Origin: Chlorokybus atmophyticus
Lineage: Eukaryota; Plantae; Mesostigma and Chlorokybus algae
Assembly (NCBI GenBank): GCA_009103225.1
Contig: RHPI01000008.1
Location: 424,015 to 488,014, forward strand
DNA length: 64,000 bases
Direction of reading: 5' to 3'
Both the position numbers and the translations under genes were made by a program. Positions 1 through 12,068 of the stretch are shown here, one piece after another; position 1 is the first letter of the stretch; each line of letters starts with the position of its first letter. The notes below the pieces were generated by a model. That model searched no databases. It was not told the DNA's origin and was given only the letters and a program-made list of their open reading frames with translations.

Positions 1-3000
1 CTACTTGATGCTAAAAATGGCATATGCACTTTGAGGAGGGGAAAACGCTCTTTTACCTTAAAAGTGGCACATGTGGTGCATGATAACAAGCATGCTACTC
101 CACTTCTCTCAGCTATGCAACTTAAGCGTTGCATGCGCAAACGGGAGGAAGTGTACTTGTTGCACTTACACGAGGTAACAACACCTAAAAACGATGGTGT
201 ACAAGACCCCGTTGTGCAATTACTTACACAGCAGTATGCTGATCTTTTTCAGGAAGGAACTCCGTAAGCTTCCTCCTGATAGAAACATTCACCACACCAT
301 TCCACTCGAGGAGGGAGCTAAGCCACCATGGCGGCCTATTTATAAGCTAAGTCCCTTAGAGCATGCGTAAATGGGAAAGCAGCTAAAGAAGTTGCTCGAT
401 AATGGTTTAATTACCAAGTATCTCCCCATTCGGAGCACCTATTCTATTCGTGCCCAAAAAGAATGGCAAGTTGCGAATGTGTGTGGATTATCGGGCATCA
501 AATAAGGTGACTGTAAAAAACAGGTACCCTTTGCCCAGAATTGGTGATTTGTTTGAAAAGTTGTCAGGTGCAACAGTGTGTAGCACACTTGATCAAACAA
601 GTGGTTATCATCAAAGCAGGATTCGTTCTGAGGATGTACAAAAGATAGCTTTTCGTAGACCTATGGGGCACTTTGAGTATAAAGTGTTGCCTTTTGGGTT
701 GACGCACCCGCAACTTTCAGGCAGCTATGAATGCTGTGTTTGTGGATGAGCTGTATGACTTTGTGCTGGTATATTTGGATGATATTGTTGTGTTCAGCAA
801 AACCCGGGAGGAATACGACAAGCATTTGCAAACGGTGTTGTCACAATTGCGAAAACACAAACTCTATGCCAACCTGTCCAAATGCAACTTTGCACAAGAA
901 GAACTTCCTTTTTTGGGACGTGTGATTGGTAAAGACGGGTTGAAACCTGATGCCCACAAGGTGTCGGCAGTCAAGGATTTAGCCACCACCAAAAGATGTG
1001 CATCAATTACGAGCCTTTTTAGGCTTGGCCAATTACTTCCGCAAATTCATGCAAGGGTATTCGACTATGGCCAATGCATTAACAACTTTACTTCGTAAAG
1101 ATGTCAAGTTTGGTTGGCAAGAAGCACATGAGAAAGCCTTCTCATGCATCAAAAAAGCATTGACAAAGGCACCCGTGTTAGCTTTTTGAGATCACACCAA
1201 ACCTTTTGTGGTGGTCAGTGATGCATCCACCATAGAATGTGGTGCAGTGTTGCTTCAAGGCGACAGGAAGCAGAATAATACACCCTGCTGAACGTAATTT
1301 TACAACCACCGAACAGGAATGACTCGGTGTTGTGCATGCGTTACGCACTTGGCGTTGCTACTTAGAAGGGGTGGAATTCTCAGTAACTATGGATTACAAT
1401 CCTCTTACCTTCTTTTACACGCAACAAAATTTATCCCAACGACAAGCCAGGTGGAATGAGTTCTTACCTCGTTTCACATTCACATGGCAATATTGTCCAG
1501 GACGCACCAATATGGCTGATCCACTTAGCCGCAGTCCGGTTCTCCTAGCAATTACGCGCTCGCGTATACAGCGCATTGCACCCACTAAGGACCCCTTTTT
1601 AAGGGAGGTATCAAAGGGCTATATCACAGACAATTGGTTTAACAGTCTGGCCAACACTTCTCAATTGAGCAAGAAGGAAAATCTGTGGTATAAAGGCGAT
1701 CAGTTGGTCATACCCAACTTGACAAACTTACGCACACAATGCATGCAATCAGTGCATGACCCACGGTACGCTGCGCACTTGGGCAAGCATAAGACGCTCA
1801 AGCACGCGCAACGGTTGTATTGGTGGCCGTCAATAACCATTGATGTGGATCAATACGTTCGCACATGTGATGTGTGCAAACGAAATAAGCCGCTGCGACA
1901 GAAACAATGAGGTTTGCTGAATCCGTTAAGCATCCCTAAACAAAAGTGGGACAGTGTTAGTATGGACTTAATTGCCTACCTTCCGAAAACAGCTGCTAAA
2001 AACACACCTATTATTGTTTTTGTGGACAGGCTTACAAAATTGGTGCATTTCGTTCCATGCTCCACCACAGTGAGTGCACGGCACTTAGCACACTTGTTTG
2101 TGCAAACGGTTTTTGAAGCACACGGGGTTCCCCGCGAGCTTGCAACAGACCGTGATCCAAAATTTGTTTTAGGATTTTGGCAAGAAGTCTGTGGACTATT
2201 GGGTGTGAAACAAAGCATGTCGACTGCTTTGCACCCACAAAGAGATGGTCAAACTGAGCGAGCAAATGAAGTGCTTGAAGAAATGATTTGGCATAATGTG
2301 TCTCCCGACCACTTGGATTTGGATAAGTACTTGCCAATGGCGGAGTTTGTTGTGAACAACGCATGGCAAGAAAGTGTGAGGGCAACCCCAATTTTTTTGA
2401 ATTACGGGATACATCTTAACACACCTGCTTCATTGCGTGTACCCCGCAATGAACTGTCTGTACCAGCGGCAAAAGACTTTGCCGTTGCAATGCAGGAACA
2501 TTTGGCTCGAGCCAAGCTATGTTTGTCTAAGGCACAAGATAGACAATAAGCTTATGCTGATAAACATCGAAACATAGCCACTTTCGATGTGGGCGACCAA
2601 GTGTTGCTCAATGCAAAGAACATAACCATCAAGGGTACGGGAGCGCGCAAGCTGCTCCCCAGATGGTTAGGTCCATTCTCTATCATTGATAGAATTGGTT
2701 CGCATGCTTACAGACTGCAATTGCCCCCAAGCACGTATATACACAACGTGTTCCATGTGAACTTGTTGAAACCTTACCGCTCTGACAGAAGGACTCAGCC
2801 TCCACCTCCACCTGTTACGGTGGATAGCGAGCTCGAATACGAGGTGGAAGCTATTTTGGACCATAAACTCAATAGTCGTGGCCGCGCAACCCGATACTCA
2901 GTTAAGTGGAAAGGGTATGGCCTTGAACATAACAGTTGGGAGCCTGATAGGCATCTTACGCACTGCCGTGAGTTGCTTTAGGCTTATACGGATTCACTTC

Positions 3001-3150
3001 CGTTCTGTTAACTGTGGGCTTGGATTATGACAAACTGGCAGTGCAGTTTCATTTCCGCACTAGCATTCCTGCTATCTCATTGGTCTCTTTGTCTTCAAAA
3101 CGAGGTCTGATCAGCCTTGGTTCAACGAAGACGTTGAAATCTTAAGGGGG
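1..3150 (+). mobile_element. Decayed Ty3/Gypsy (chromovirus) LTR retrotransposon: 3' part of pol (RT, RNase H, integrase, chromodomain), 3' UTR and start of the polypurine tract
   Basis: ORF fragments in Gypsy order: RT (RMCVDYR, VYLDD), RNase H (DAS near 1220), integrase HHCC (HDPRYAAH...CDVC), DDE core (SMDL, TDRD, QTERAN), GPY/F (WLGPF) and chromodomain (EYEVEAIL...VKWKGY...SWEP). Broken by stops at 265, 1187, 1908, 2547 and 2979 and by frameshifts. AAGGGGG at 3144-3150 runs into the gap. Confidence 0.95.
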
Positions 3151-3581
3151 NNNNNNNNNNNNNNNNNNNNNNNNNNNNNNNNNNNNNNNNNNNNNNNNNN
3201 NNNNNNNNNNNNNNNNNNNNNNNNNNNNNNNNNNNNNNNNNNNNNNNNNNNNNNNNNNNNNNNNNNNNNNNNNNNNNNNNNNNNNNNNNNNNNNNNNNNN
3301 NNNNNNNNNNNNNNNNNNNNNNNNNNNNNNNNNNNNNNNNNNNNNNNNNNNNNNNNNNNNNNNNNNNNNNNNNNNNNNNNNNNNNNNNNNNNNNNNNNNN
3401 NNNNNNNNNNNNNNNNNNNNNNNNNNNNNNNNNNNNNNNNNNNNNNNNNNNNNNNNNNNNNNNNNNNNNNNNNNNNNNNNNNNNNNNNNNNNNNNNNNNN
3501 NNNNNNNNNNNNNNNNNNNNNNNNNNNNNNNNNNNNNNNNNNNNNNNNNNNNNNNNNNNNNNNNNNNNNNNNNNNNNNNNN

Positions 3582-3982
3582 TATATATATATATATATAT
3601 ATATGTCCCAACGGGTGTAGGACCACCTATTCAAGCCTATTTAAGGTCGCATATTATATATGCGACCACTATAGCCAGCTATCACGATAGGTACCTAACC
3701 GTTACGTCCCTTATCGTTGGGTATCTGGGCTTGATTGGCTCACGCCAGATTCTTAACGGTTACCCTATCTGTAGGGTTGTTATCTGGTGTTGTATTTGAT
3801 ATCAAGACACGTATGTGTGATAAACTCTTGATATAAAAGGTCCCATCAACTGATGGGACCTCATTCTGTCTTTTGCCATAGCGTCATGCTGCCGGCGGCT
3901 TGACAGGCTTTGTCGTTGGCGGTGTGGGTGTTGGGGTAGAGGATTGAAGGGGTTGTCGGCGGCGACGCCGGCATCTGTTACA
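3582..3982 (+). repeat. Putative distal part of the chromovirus 3' LTR
   Basis: Follows the polypurine tract and a 431-N gap. Contains (TA)n, a TATA-like TATAAAA at 3832-3838 and two perfect hairpins (3645-3667, 3838-3861), and ends in TGTTACA at 3982, a typical LTR ...CA end. The 5' LTR is outside the window, so this cannot be confirmed. Confidence 0.4.
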
Positions 3983-3989
3983 TCTATAG

Positions 3990-5800
3990 TATTAAGGAGG
4001 CATCTTAACAGTCCGTGATAAATGCTCTAACAAGGCTTTGGCCCCTTAAACCAAGTTTTTGCATATTCGCAAGCTCGACGCCGCCGCCAGCACAACCCTG
4101 AAGCAATATAACATCATGTTGCAAATTCTACACGGTGACTGACAATGGACTGAAGGACTGATGGGTGCCTGACCCTGCCTGACGCAATGGATTGGTCCCA
4201 TAAAGGGACTTTTTATGATGGCCGTTACTATCAAGCAACATATATCGACGGCAAGCGGTCGACCGATAAGTACAATCGATGGCGGCCTGCCTGTGTCGGC
4301 AACACCGCACTTTAAGGTGACGGTCGATTGTCGGTCGTCCCATTTGCGCGATGGCGACCTCTGAGTATAGCAGATAAGTCACGTTTTGGTCACATACAGT
4401 GACGGCCGACCGTCGGTTGTACCATGACCATTGAAAAGTATGCGCGACGGCTTGCCTACTTTGACAAGCCAATCACCGTTAGTATATCAGGTGCCCTTAC
4501 CGCATTTATTTAGTGACGGCCGATCGCAGGTCGTGCAATTAATGCGGCGGCGACCTACTTATCGTCGCATAATGTTTCCTTTGCCGGCCAACTGAATATT
4601 GGCAATGGCCGTGCACCTGGAGATACTCATCTAAACTGTCGACCTTCAGTCTACCGGCGATCTCGATACAGGGACTTGAGCATAACGGCCGTCACCATTA
4701 GTTGGCGGCCGTTTGCATCAAGGGACTAACCCTAATTAATAGGTACCTGTCAGGTACTCAACAGTTAAGCAAAGGGGACTTGACCTAACTAACAGGTAAC
4801 TGACCGGTACCTATTAGTTAGGGTACCGGCGACTGTACGCTAACCAAGCGAAATTGTCAGGTACCTTAAGGTACCTACCGTTAATGATGTGTACCTTCAA
4901 AGGTACCTGCTCGTACCGCTCAGTCATGATTAGGTGTCACACATGATTGTCGTCATCAGCTGTGCAAGAATGCGTGACAAATAACTAAAAACAACAAATA
5001 AATAAATTGTAATGTAATATACTAAGCTACTACTACTACTGCTAGTACAACTAGACTACCACTACCACTACTGCTGCTACTACCTTAGGTACTACTGCTA
5101 GTACTACCCTTGTAATGAGCTGCGGCTCCTGCACCGCCCGCTCCAGCTCCGCCGCCGCCGTTCTTTCTCCGCCGCCGCTGCCGCCGCCTGGCCTCGTCTG
5201 GCCTAGCCTGGCCGCCCTAAGACAAGGAGGGTGGTTGCGGTGTTGCGCGTAGTACAACGTCAGACAGCAACCAAGCTCACCTACTGTTAGCCGTTGCCGC
5301 CGCCGCGTTAATTCAATATCCATGCCGCATTGATTGTGGCACACATATGTCACACAATGTGGTGTGGCTTGTCGCCTTAACCGCTTGGCTATGGTAACAA
5401 GATCTGCTCGTATGGACGAAGCCACATATCTCATATATGTCTCATTATCACATGATAAATACATATAGGCGGTTGAAAATGCCATGATGTATTGTAGCAA
5501 ATTGAAGAGATAATAACTATCATTAATATTCGTCAATATTGGTTAGACACGTAATCTGTTTATAACACATGTTTACGGATGAGGTGTTGTGGATTATAGT
5601 AGTCTTCTCATATGGGTACCGCCGTTGTACCCAATTTAGGGTAAGTGTGATGTGCATTGCAGCAACTATCATAAATGTTATGCATAGAATGTGTATAATG
5701 ATTGATAAATGTTTATGATATTATGGTACATGTTATACGTTATGCCGCACATTCCGCCAACAACTTTGATCGAACCATTGTTGTATTTGTATTTTGTGCT
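3990..5800. mobile_element. Unclassified, heavily mutated repeat or transposon relic
   Basis: No recognisable protein. Contains degenerate ~50-bp repeats with clustered GGTACC (4670-4920), many CGGCCG/GTCGAC sites, a (CTA)n tract next to a (CCG)n tract, and a 161-aa minus-strand ORF (5051-5536) ending in poly-Val. Confidence 0.35.
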
Positions 5801-5828
5801 ATTTTGAGAATTCTAACAACATGACCAC

Positions 5829-8800
5829 TCATGGTCGTAAGCAAAGGCGTGCCTTGTCAAGTATCTCTTTATGTATCTTGGGGTAGCCGGGGTGGACGGC
5901 GAGGACTTTGTGGCAAACATTGATGGCTTCAACGTAGCGGCGGGACTTGAGGTAGTTGTAGGCCAGCTTGAAGCCTACGGGTGCGGAGGCCTCGTTCTCG
6001 AACTTCCAAGCGTGCTCGTAGTGCTCCGCAGCGTCCTTGTTCATCTGCTCACGCTCGAGGATGTGCGCGAGGTGCTCCCACGCCTTGGCGCAGGACTTGT
6101 TGTACTTGAGGCAGCGCCGGCACAGCTCCTTGGCCACGTCGTGCTTACCCCCCTGCACGTACATGTCCGCGAGCAGCAGCCACGCGCGCTCGAACTCGGC
6201 GGCCTCCTCGGGGTTGTGCGCCATCTTCGCCACGTGCTTCAGCTGGTTGCGCGCCTTGGGAGCCTGCTTCGAACAAAGAATATTACACTAAAGCGCTGAG
6301 TTCACGGGACAGAAAACTACCAACACAACACAACTTCGCACACCCACGCCAACCAATACTTCACAAACCTGCTTCTGAAGCAGCAGCGCCACAGCCACAG
6401 CCAGCGTCACACGCGCAGATGCGGCAGCCCCGTCTTGCAACGAAGACGGCGCCATCTCGAGCAGCCGTGCCAATGCTGTCTCCACATCTCCCTTAGCCTT
6501 GCTCGCCATGAGTGCGTAACACTCCAACACTCTGTGCCTCACGCTTGCACGAGCCTCGTCTCCCCCTTGCGCCAGCCGCACCTCCTGCAGTAGCTTCGTA
6601 GCTGCAGCGCCAGCCTCACGCGTATCAAGCGGCTGCTGCGGGCCATTGCTGTTGCTATTGTTGTTGTTGTTGTTGTTGTCTTCACTGGTCTGGTCCGCTG
6701 CACCCCACAGGCCCTCGTTGTCTGCATGGTCGTGCACATAGATCTCCACCATGGCGTACGCGGCCTCGCGGCCCCACACGGGGTCCTTGCGAGCCAGGTT
6801 GAGTTCACGTAACGCGTCGCGCAGCTTACGGCAGTGACGCGCGTGGAGACCGAGGCAGTAATGGAGACCCGCGTCGGCACCCGTACCCAACACAACGGAA
6901 CCCGAGGAAGCCCGCTGCGCAGCCTTCAAGTAGTGACCGCACTCGCCTAACCTCCCCGCACGCCTCAGCAACTGCAGCATGTGTGGTTAGAGTGTGTCTA
7001 TGGCATGTTGGTGATTGTACCAACCCAACGTACCTGCAGGAGTTGTGCGAGGGCGGCGTAGTGGTTGGCTTTGCGCTCGAGGAGCTGCTGCAGGTGGTAG
7101 ATGGCGGAGTCATATTGCTCGCGTCGGAACATCAGATCTGTTTGCAAACACAGCATATGGTTGTTAACAGGATAATTTCATCACAACAAGCCAAGTGGTG
7201 CGTACCTGCCAGCATGAGGCTGGCCTCCTCATTGGTTGGTTCAACGCGCAGAAGTGCCGCGCACTGCGCCTGGCATGCCTCCGTGTCACCCCTGGTTGGT
7301 TGAACAGTGGTGTCATTATGTGAGGAGGTATGCATGCGCACACACGAAGTGTACAATTTAAGCGGTGTGCATGCACACCGATTCACGCAATGTGTGCCTC
7401 ACGTGCGCGCACATGCGTGTGTGGGCACATGCGTGTGTGGGCGCGTGCATGTGTGGGCGCGTGTGTGGGCATGTGTGTCTTTGTGCCTCAAGTACCTGCT
7501 GAGATGCAGTTTGGCAAGCGCGAGGAGGGCCTTAGTGTGTGTCTCACAGTGCGTGAGCGCCTCATTATAGGCCGCAACAGCCAGATCATGTTCCCGTCGG
7601 CTCTCTCTCTCCTGCGCCAGCGCGAAGCAGATATCCGCAGCAACATCCCTCTGCACTCTTAGCGTATCCGCATCCGCCTCGGCCCTTAGGTGCGCTAATA
7701 ACCCAGCCTGTAGCGTCTTAGCCTGCTGCTGTGCGGCCAGGGCGGCGTCATGGCTGTTGCCAACAGCCCTATGCACGCGCGCGAGGAGTAAAGTAGCTCT
7801 CACGGCGTGCTCGGTGGTGGACACGCTGTCGACCTCTTTGCACACGTCCAATGCAGCACGCAGGACTCTTTCAGCTTTGTCATACTGTCTCAACTTCAAG
7901 TGGAGCTCGGCGAGCTCTAGTTGCAAAGGGAGAGACTCTCTTCCTTGTTGCTGAGCGAGGGCGGATTGGTAGTAGTCCACGGCACGGGCGTAGTCGTGCG
8001 TGGCCACGAGGGCCTTACCGATGCGCGAGGCGAGGGCAGCTGCAGCAGCATTGTTGTTACTACTGTTCTTCGACACGATGGTGAGGGCGGCTTCCAGTGC
8101 CGCGACCGCTCGTTCTGGCTCCTGTACACGCATGAGTGCTTCCCCTAGCCTCACATGGGCGCTCGGGTCCCCGGGTGTCTGCGTGACGATGTCCTGGTAA
8201 CACGCGATATACCCAACTCGATCATGCCTATGATTCAGGTGAGCTTCCGCCATCGCTGCTCTCGCCGCAGCATAGTAACTACTCCCCGCACCCACGTTTC
8301 TTAACACCGACAAAGCCGCATCGACATCGCCGCCACCGCCTCGAGCGAGCATCACGCGCGCGTTGGCCAACACCACGCGGGCTTCCTCGGATGTACCTTT
8401 GAACTCGGTAAGCGCGTCTTGCACGGTCTTCGTGGCCTCGGGGATGCGGTTCAAGTGGAGTAGGGTGTCTGATAAAGCGAGGAAGAGGGAACAGCGCTCG
8501 GGTTGGGAGACGGAGGAGCTGTTGGAGGAGAGGGTGCTCAGTGAGGAGGAGAGGGTTGCCTTTGAACTTGCTGATGGCTTAGAGCCCTTGATGCCGGCGC
8601 CCACACGGCGAACCCCAGCCAAATTCATCGCAGCCTCCAACACCCTGCCGGTGTTGACACATGTGACAGTTGCAACAACAACATCATGAGCACAATCAGC
8701 CACGCAGACAATAACTACAACAACAGCAGCAACAGAAACCGCAACAGTGATAGACACAACACTCACTTGAGGGCTTCTTCATGTCGGTTCCTGATGGCGA

Positions 8801-11457
8801 GTGTCTCCGCCTGCACCAGCACGTACGCCGGCCACTCCCTCACTCCGAAATTACTCGCGACCGCGGCCTCGAGCGCCGTGGCGGCCCGCTCGGCGCGTCC
8901 CTCGGCGACGGCGGCCTGCGCCAGCACGAGGTGGGCCTCCGCGCAACCCGAGTCCAACCTCAACGCCGCACCCGCGGCACGACGAGCACCGTCGGCGTCA
9001 CCTGCAAGGTGCTTCGCGCGCGCCAACAACACAGCCGCTTCCAACAAACCTGCACAGGAGACCCAACATAAGGTGTGTATGCGTGTGCGTGTGCGTGTGT
9101 GTCGTCGCTCACAGTCTTACCTGGCACATGCTGGATGGTGATTGTGAGGACGCGCGTGGCGCGTTCCAGGGCTGGGTGGGCATCGGCGCCGTTGCTGAGG
9201 CTATCCTTGTTGTTGTTGTTGTTGTTGGGGGTGGTGGTGGAGGTCGGAGGAGGAGGAGGGACCCCGGCGCACTGAGCCAGGAACAGCTGAGCCACCTGAA
9301 GCATGAAGGGAGGGTCCAGCTCCGCGTAGAAAGAGTAGGAGAAGGGCCGACCACGAAGGGCTTGGATGTGGACCTCCAGAGCCTGAGACAGTGCAGTATG
9401 TCAGGGATGACGTTGATATGGAAGTGATGCGGGCTAGTTGAGTTGGAGGAGACACACGCGCATGCGCATGCGAGGACGTGCATGATGACACATGTATACA
9501 CCAACACACGTGTGGGAGCACGCATGTGGGCACACCCACCCACACACGCCCACACCCACACCCACACACCCACACACAGATGCACACCCACACCTGGTCG
9601 AGTAGCCGTGTGGTCGTGGTCGCATTCCCCGACTGATGCCACGCGAGCATCGCCGACAGGAACTTGAGCTCCGCATTGCTCCCCGGGTCATTGACACTAC
9701 TCGCCACCTCGCCCAGAAACTCCACCTGCTGCGCCGCATCTTCCAGCTGTCCGTCCAGTATCTGGCACCTTATCACCCCGTGGAGCGCGTGCACGTTGAC
9801 CTCATCCAACCTACACCCTGTCCTGAAGGCCTCTCTTGCAGCAGAGACGTGTGTGTGGTCAACTCCACCTGTCAACAACAACACCTTCCCGTGGGCTACG
9901 GCGATGGAGGCGTCCTCGGGAGAAAGCTTCCTCGCGCGCTCACACATCTCCAATAGGGGCTTGAGGACAGTGATGTTGTTTCTGCCAGCCACGGCGGAGA
10001 GCTCTCTGGCTACTTGTATGTATAAGCGTGCGTTCCGTGGCTCCTTTGCATCCAATGCAAAGAGGAGGTCTTGTGCCTTCTGTGCACCCGCGTTGGCTTT
10101 GCCTTCTCTTGCGAGTAGATACAACGCCGTGAGTCTGAGCGCGTCGATGTTCTTCCCGTCCAACGCAAGGACTCTACTCGCTGACTCCAACGCTTGGTCC
10201 CAGTCTCCCGCCGCCATGAGTACACGCATGCGCTCTTGTTGCGTCACGACAAACAAGCCGCTCGCGGACACGCTTGCGAGTTCGGACAAAGCGGGACCGT
10301 ACTGCTCTTTGGCCTCTAGACACGCGGCGCGACCGAACACGGCGTCGACACAACCCTTCCCCGCTAGCGTGAAGAGAGCGAGAGCTTTGTCTACACTCCC
10401 CTCCGAATACTCAACCCAACCCAACAGTGACTTGGCTCCCGCGTGCGCCAATTGGACTCGAAGCACACGCTCCGCACACTCCCGCGCACGCCTCTTATCA
10501 CCAGAGTGAAACCAGAACACCCCCGCGAGACACACATCCTCACAACTATTGTGCGACACATCTCTCATCACATCCTCAATCCTGGACTCTATCACACCCA
10601 CAGCTTCCTCATCCACAATCCGGCACAGCTTGTGTGCAGCCAGCATCGCCACGAGTGCAGCAGGGTGGTTGTGACTATTATTGTTGTTGTTGTTGTTGCG
10701 GGAGGAGGAGAGGTCGCGTAGGGCCTCGGCGGGGGCGCCGTCGCGGGCGACGGCGAAGGAGCGGAAGAGGGAGAGGGAGAGGGAGTCGGGGGAGGTGGAG
10801 CGGGAGGTGGAGGAGAGGCCGTCCGCGCAGACCTACATGACAGTGTGTGTGTGTGTGTGTGCGCGTACATGTAATGCGGGGCATGCTACCAACATATATG
10901 ATGACGCGCAGGCAAGTTGATCGGCAATGTTTTCAAGTTCGGGTCGTACATGTCTGCACCATGGAGTGCGTACATTGTCGGACCAACAGTAGCTTTGCAC
11001 AGCATGCACGCATTGCACGCCCCTTGTGGTAATTCACGGACGCACGTACGTGCAGGTACTGTGTGTTTGCACCACTGTCCGTGGCCGAGTTGCACTATTG
11101 CAGCAAGTATGTCATGCTGCAACGGAGGACCAAAACTCTGCGCGTATGCACATATCCTAATTTATGCAAGCATCAATGTGTCCTTGTTGTGTGTTCAGTG
11201 TTTTCCAAGCGTGAGAGGCGGTTTCACGGCTGTCTGGACCACCATATGAACCGAAAATTTGTACCACTTCCAGAACATCAACATCTACTTCGTGTGTAAC
11301 CACAAAATTGGGACAATCATGACACAACGACGACAACGACGATGACGGTGGTGGTGTTGATGGGTATGATTACAAGAGGTACCTGCTGCACGTGCCGCCA
11401 CCATCCCTGACGGGCGTACCAGCCGGCGGCGGCGGCCGCCTCCGCCACCTCTAGCAT
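5829..11457 (-). CDS. IFT139: Intraflagellar transport protein IFT139 / TTC21B (IFT-A, TPR repeats), 9 exons
   Basis: Exon 1 (11457-11383) reads MLEVAEAAAAAGWYARQGWWRHVQQ, matching the recalled IFT139 N-terminus (YYAREGYFRHVQ). Later exons give VCADGL...AEALRDL...LAAHK, ELDPPFML, QAPKARNQLKHVAKM, and the C-terminal AWLLLADMYVQGGKHDVAKELCRRCLKYNKSCAKAWE...EILDKARLCLRP. All introns are GT-AG. Confidence 0.95.
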
Positions 11458-11747
11458 CCCGCCCACACCCCTCGGCGCCTCCACCACACACCGCCGCCTC
11501 TACCGCCGCCGCCGCCGCCGCCGAGGTAAATGCCCCTGACAACCCCGCCTACCTGCGCCTCCGCCCGCCACGTGGCACCTCACGCTTCCGATCCGACGGC
11601 AGAGACGCTCTGGAGTCACGTGACTCAAACGCCCAAACCGTTGGATGAGACTTGTCTCCTCCTCCTCGGCCTCCTCTTTGTCCTCGTTGTCCTGCTGGTA
11701 GGCCAAGAAGCCGTTGAAGGACGAGGCGTTCCCCTCCCCCGCCCCTG
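11458..11747. promoter_or_regulatory. Putative bidirectional promoter shared by IFT139 and IFT56, with G-box palindromes
   Basis: 290 bp between divergent ATGs. Contains GCCACGTGGC at 11567-11576 and the 14-bp palindrome GAGTCACGTGACTC at 11613-11626. Confidence 0.65.
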
Positions 11748-12031
11748 ATGTTGGCGGCGAGGCCAGCCTCGTCTTCCTCCTCCTCCGCGGCCGCCGCGGC
11801 GTTGAAGGCGAGAGGGGCGGCGGGCGGCGGGTCGTTGGGGGGGTTGGGTGGCGGAGGAGGGAAAGGGAAGGGCGGCGGCAGCAAGGCCCCGGACCTTGAC
11901 GATCTGATTGAGAGGAGGGACTTTGCTGGGGCGGCGGCGGTTGTGGAGTTCAGACGGCAACAACTTCAACAGCAGATACAGGTATGGGTCTCTGTGCAAT
12001 GTAATAACGGAAGCACGCACGCGCGCGCGCG

Positions 12032-12068
<37 letters not shown>

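Noticed and set aside
3111-3634. ORFs running through N blocks (also 11748-12710 and 47772-48363)
   Set aside because: They are artefacts of translating assembly gaps. Only the IFT56 first exon within them is real.
10886-10952. MYDPNLKTLPINLPARHH as the IFT139 first exon (resembles human LKTLINY)
   Set aside because: It has no in-phase donor. The exon at 11457-11383 matches better and splices cleanly.
11500-11706. Acidic minus-strand ORF MAYQQDNEDKEE... in the IFT promoter
   Set aside because: It starts at TTG rather than ATG, has no family motif, and is the antisense of a CT-rich leader.
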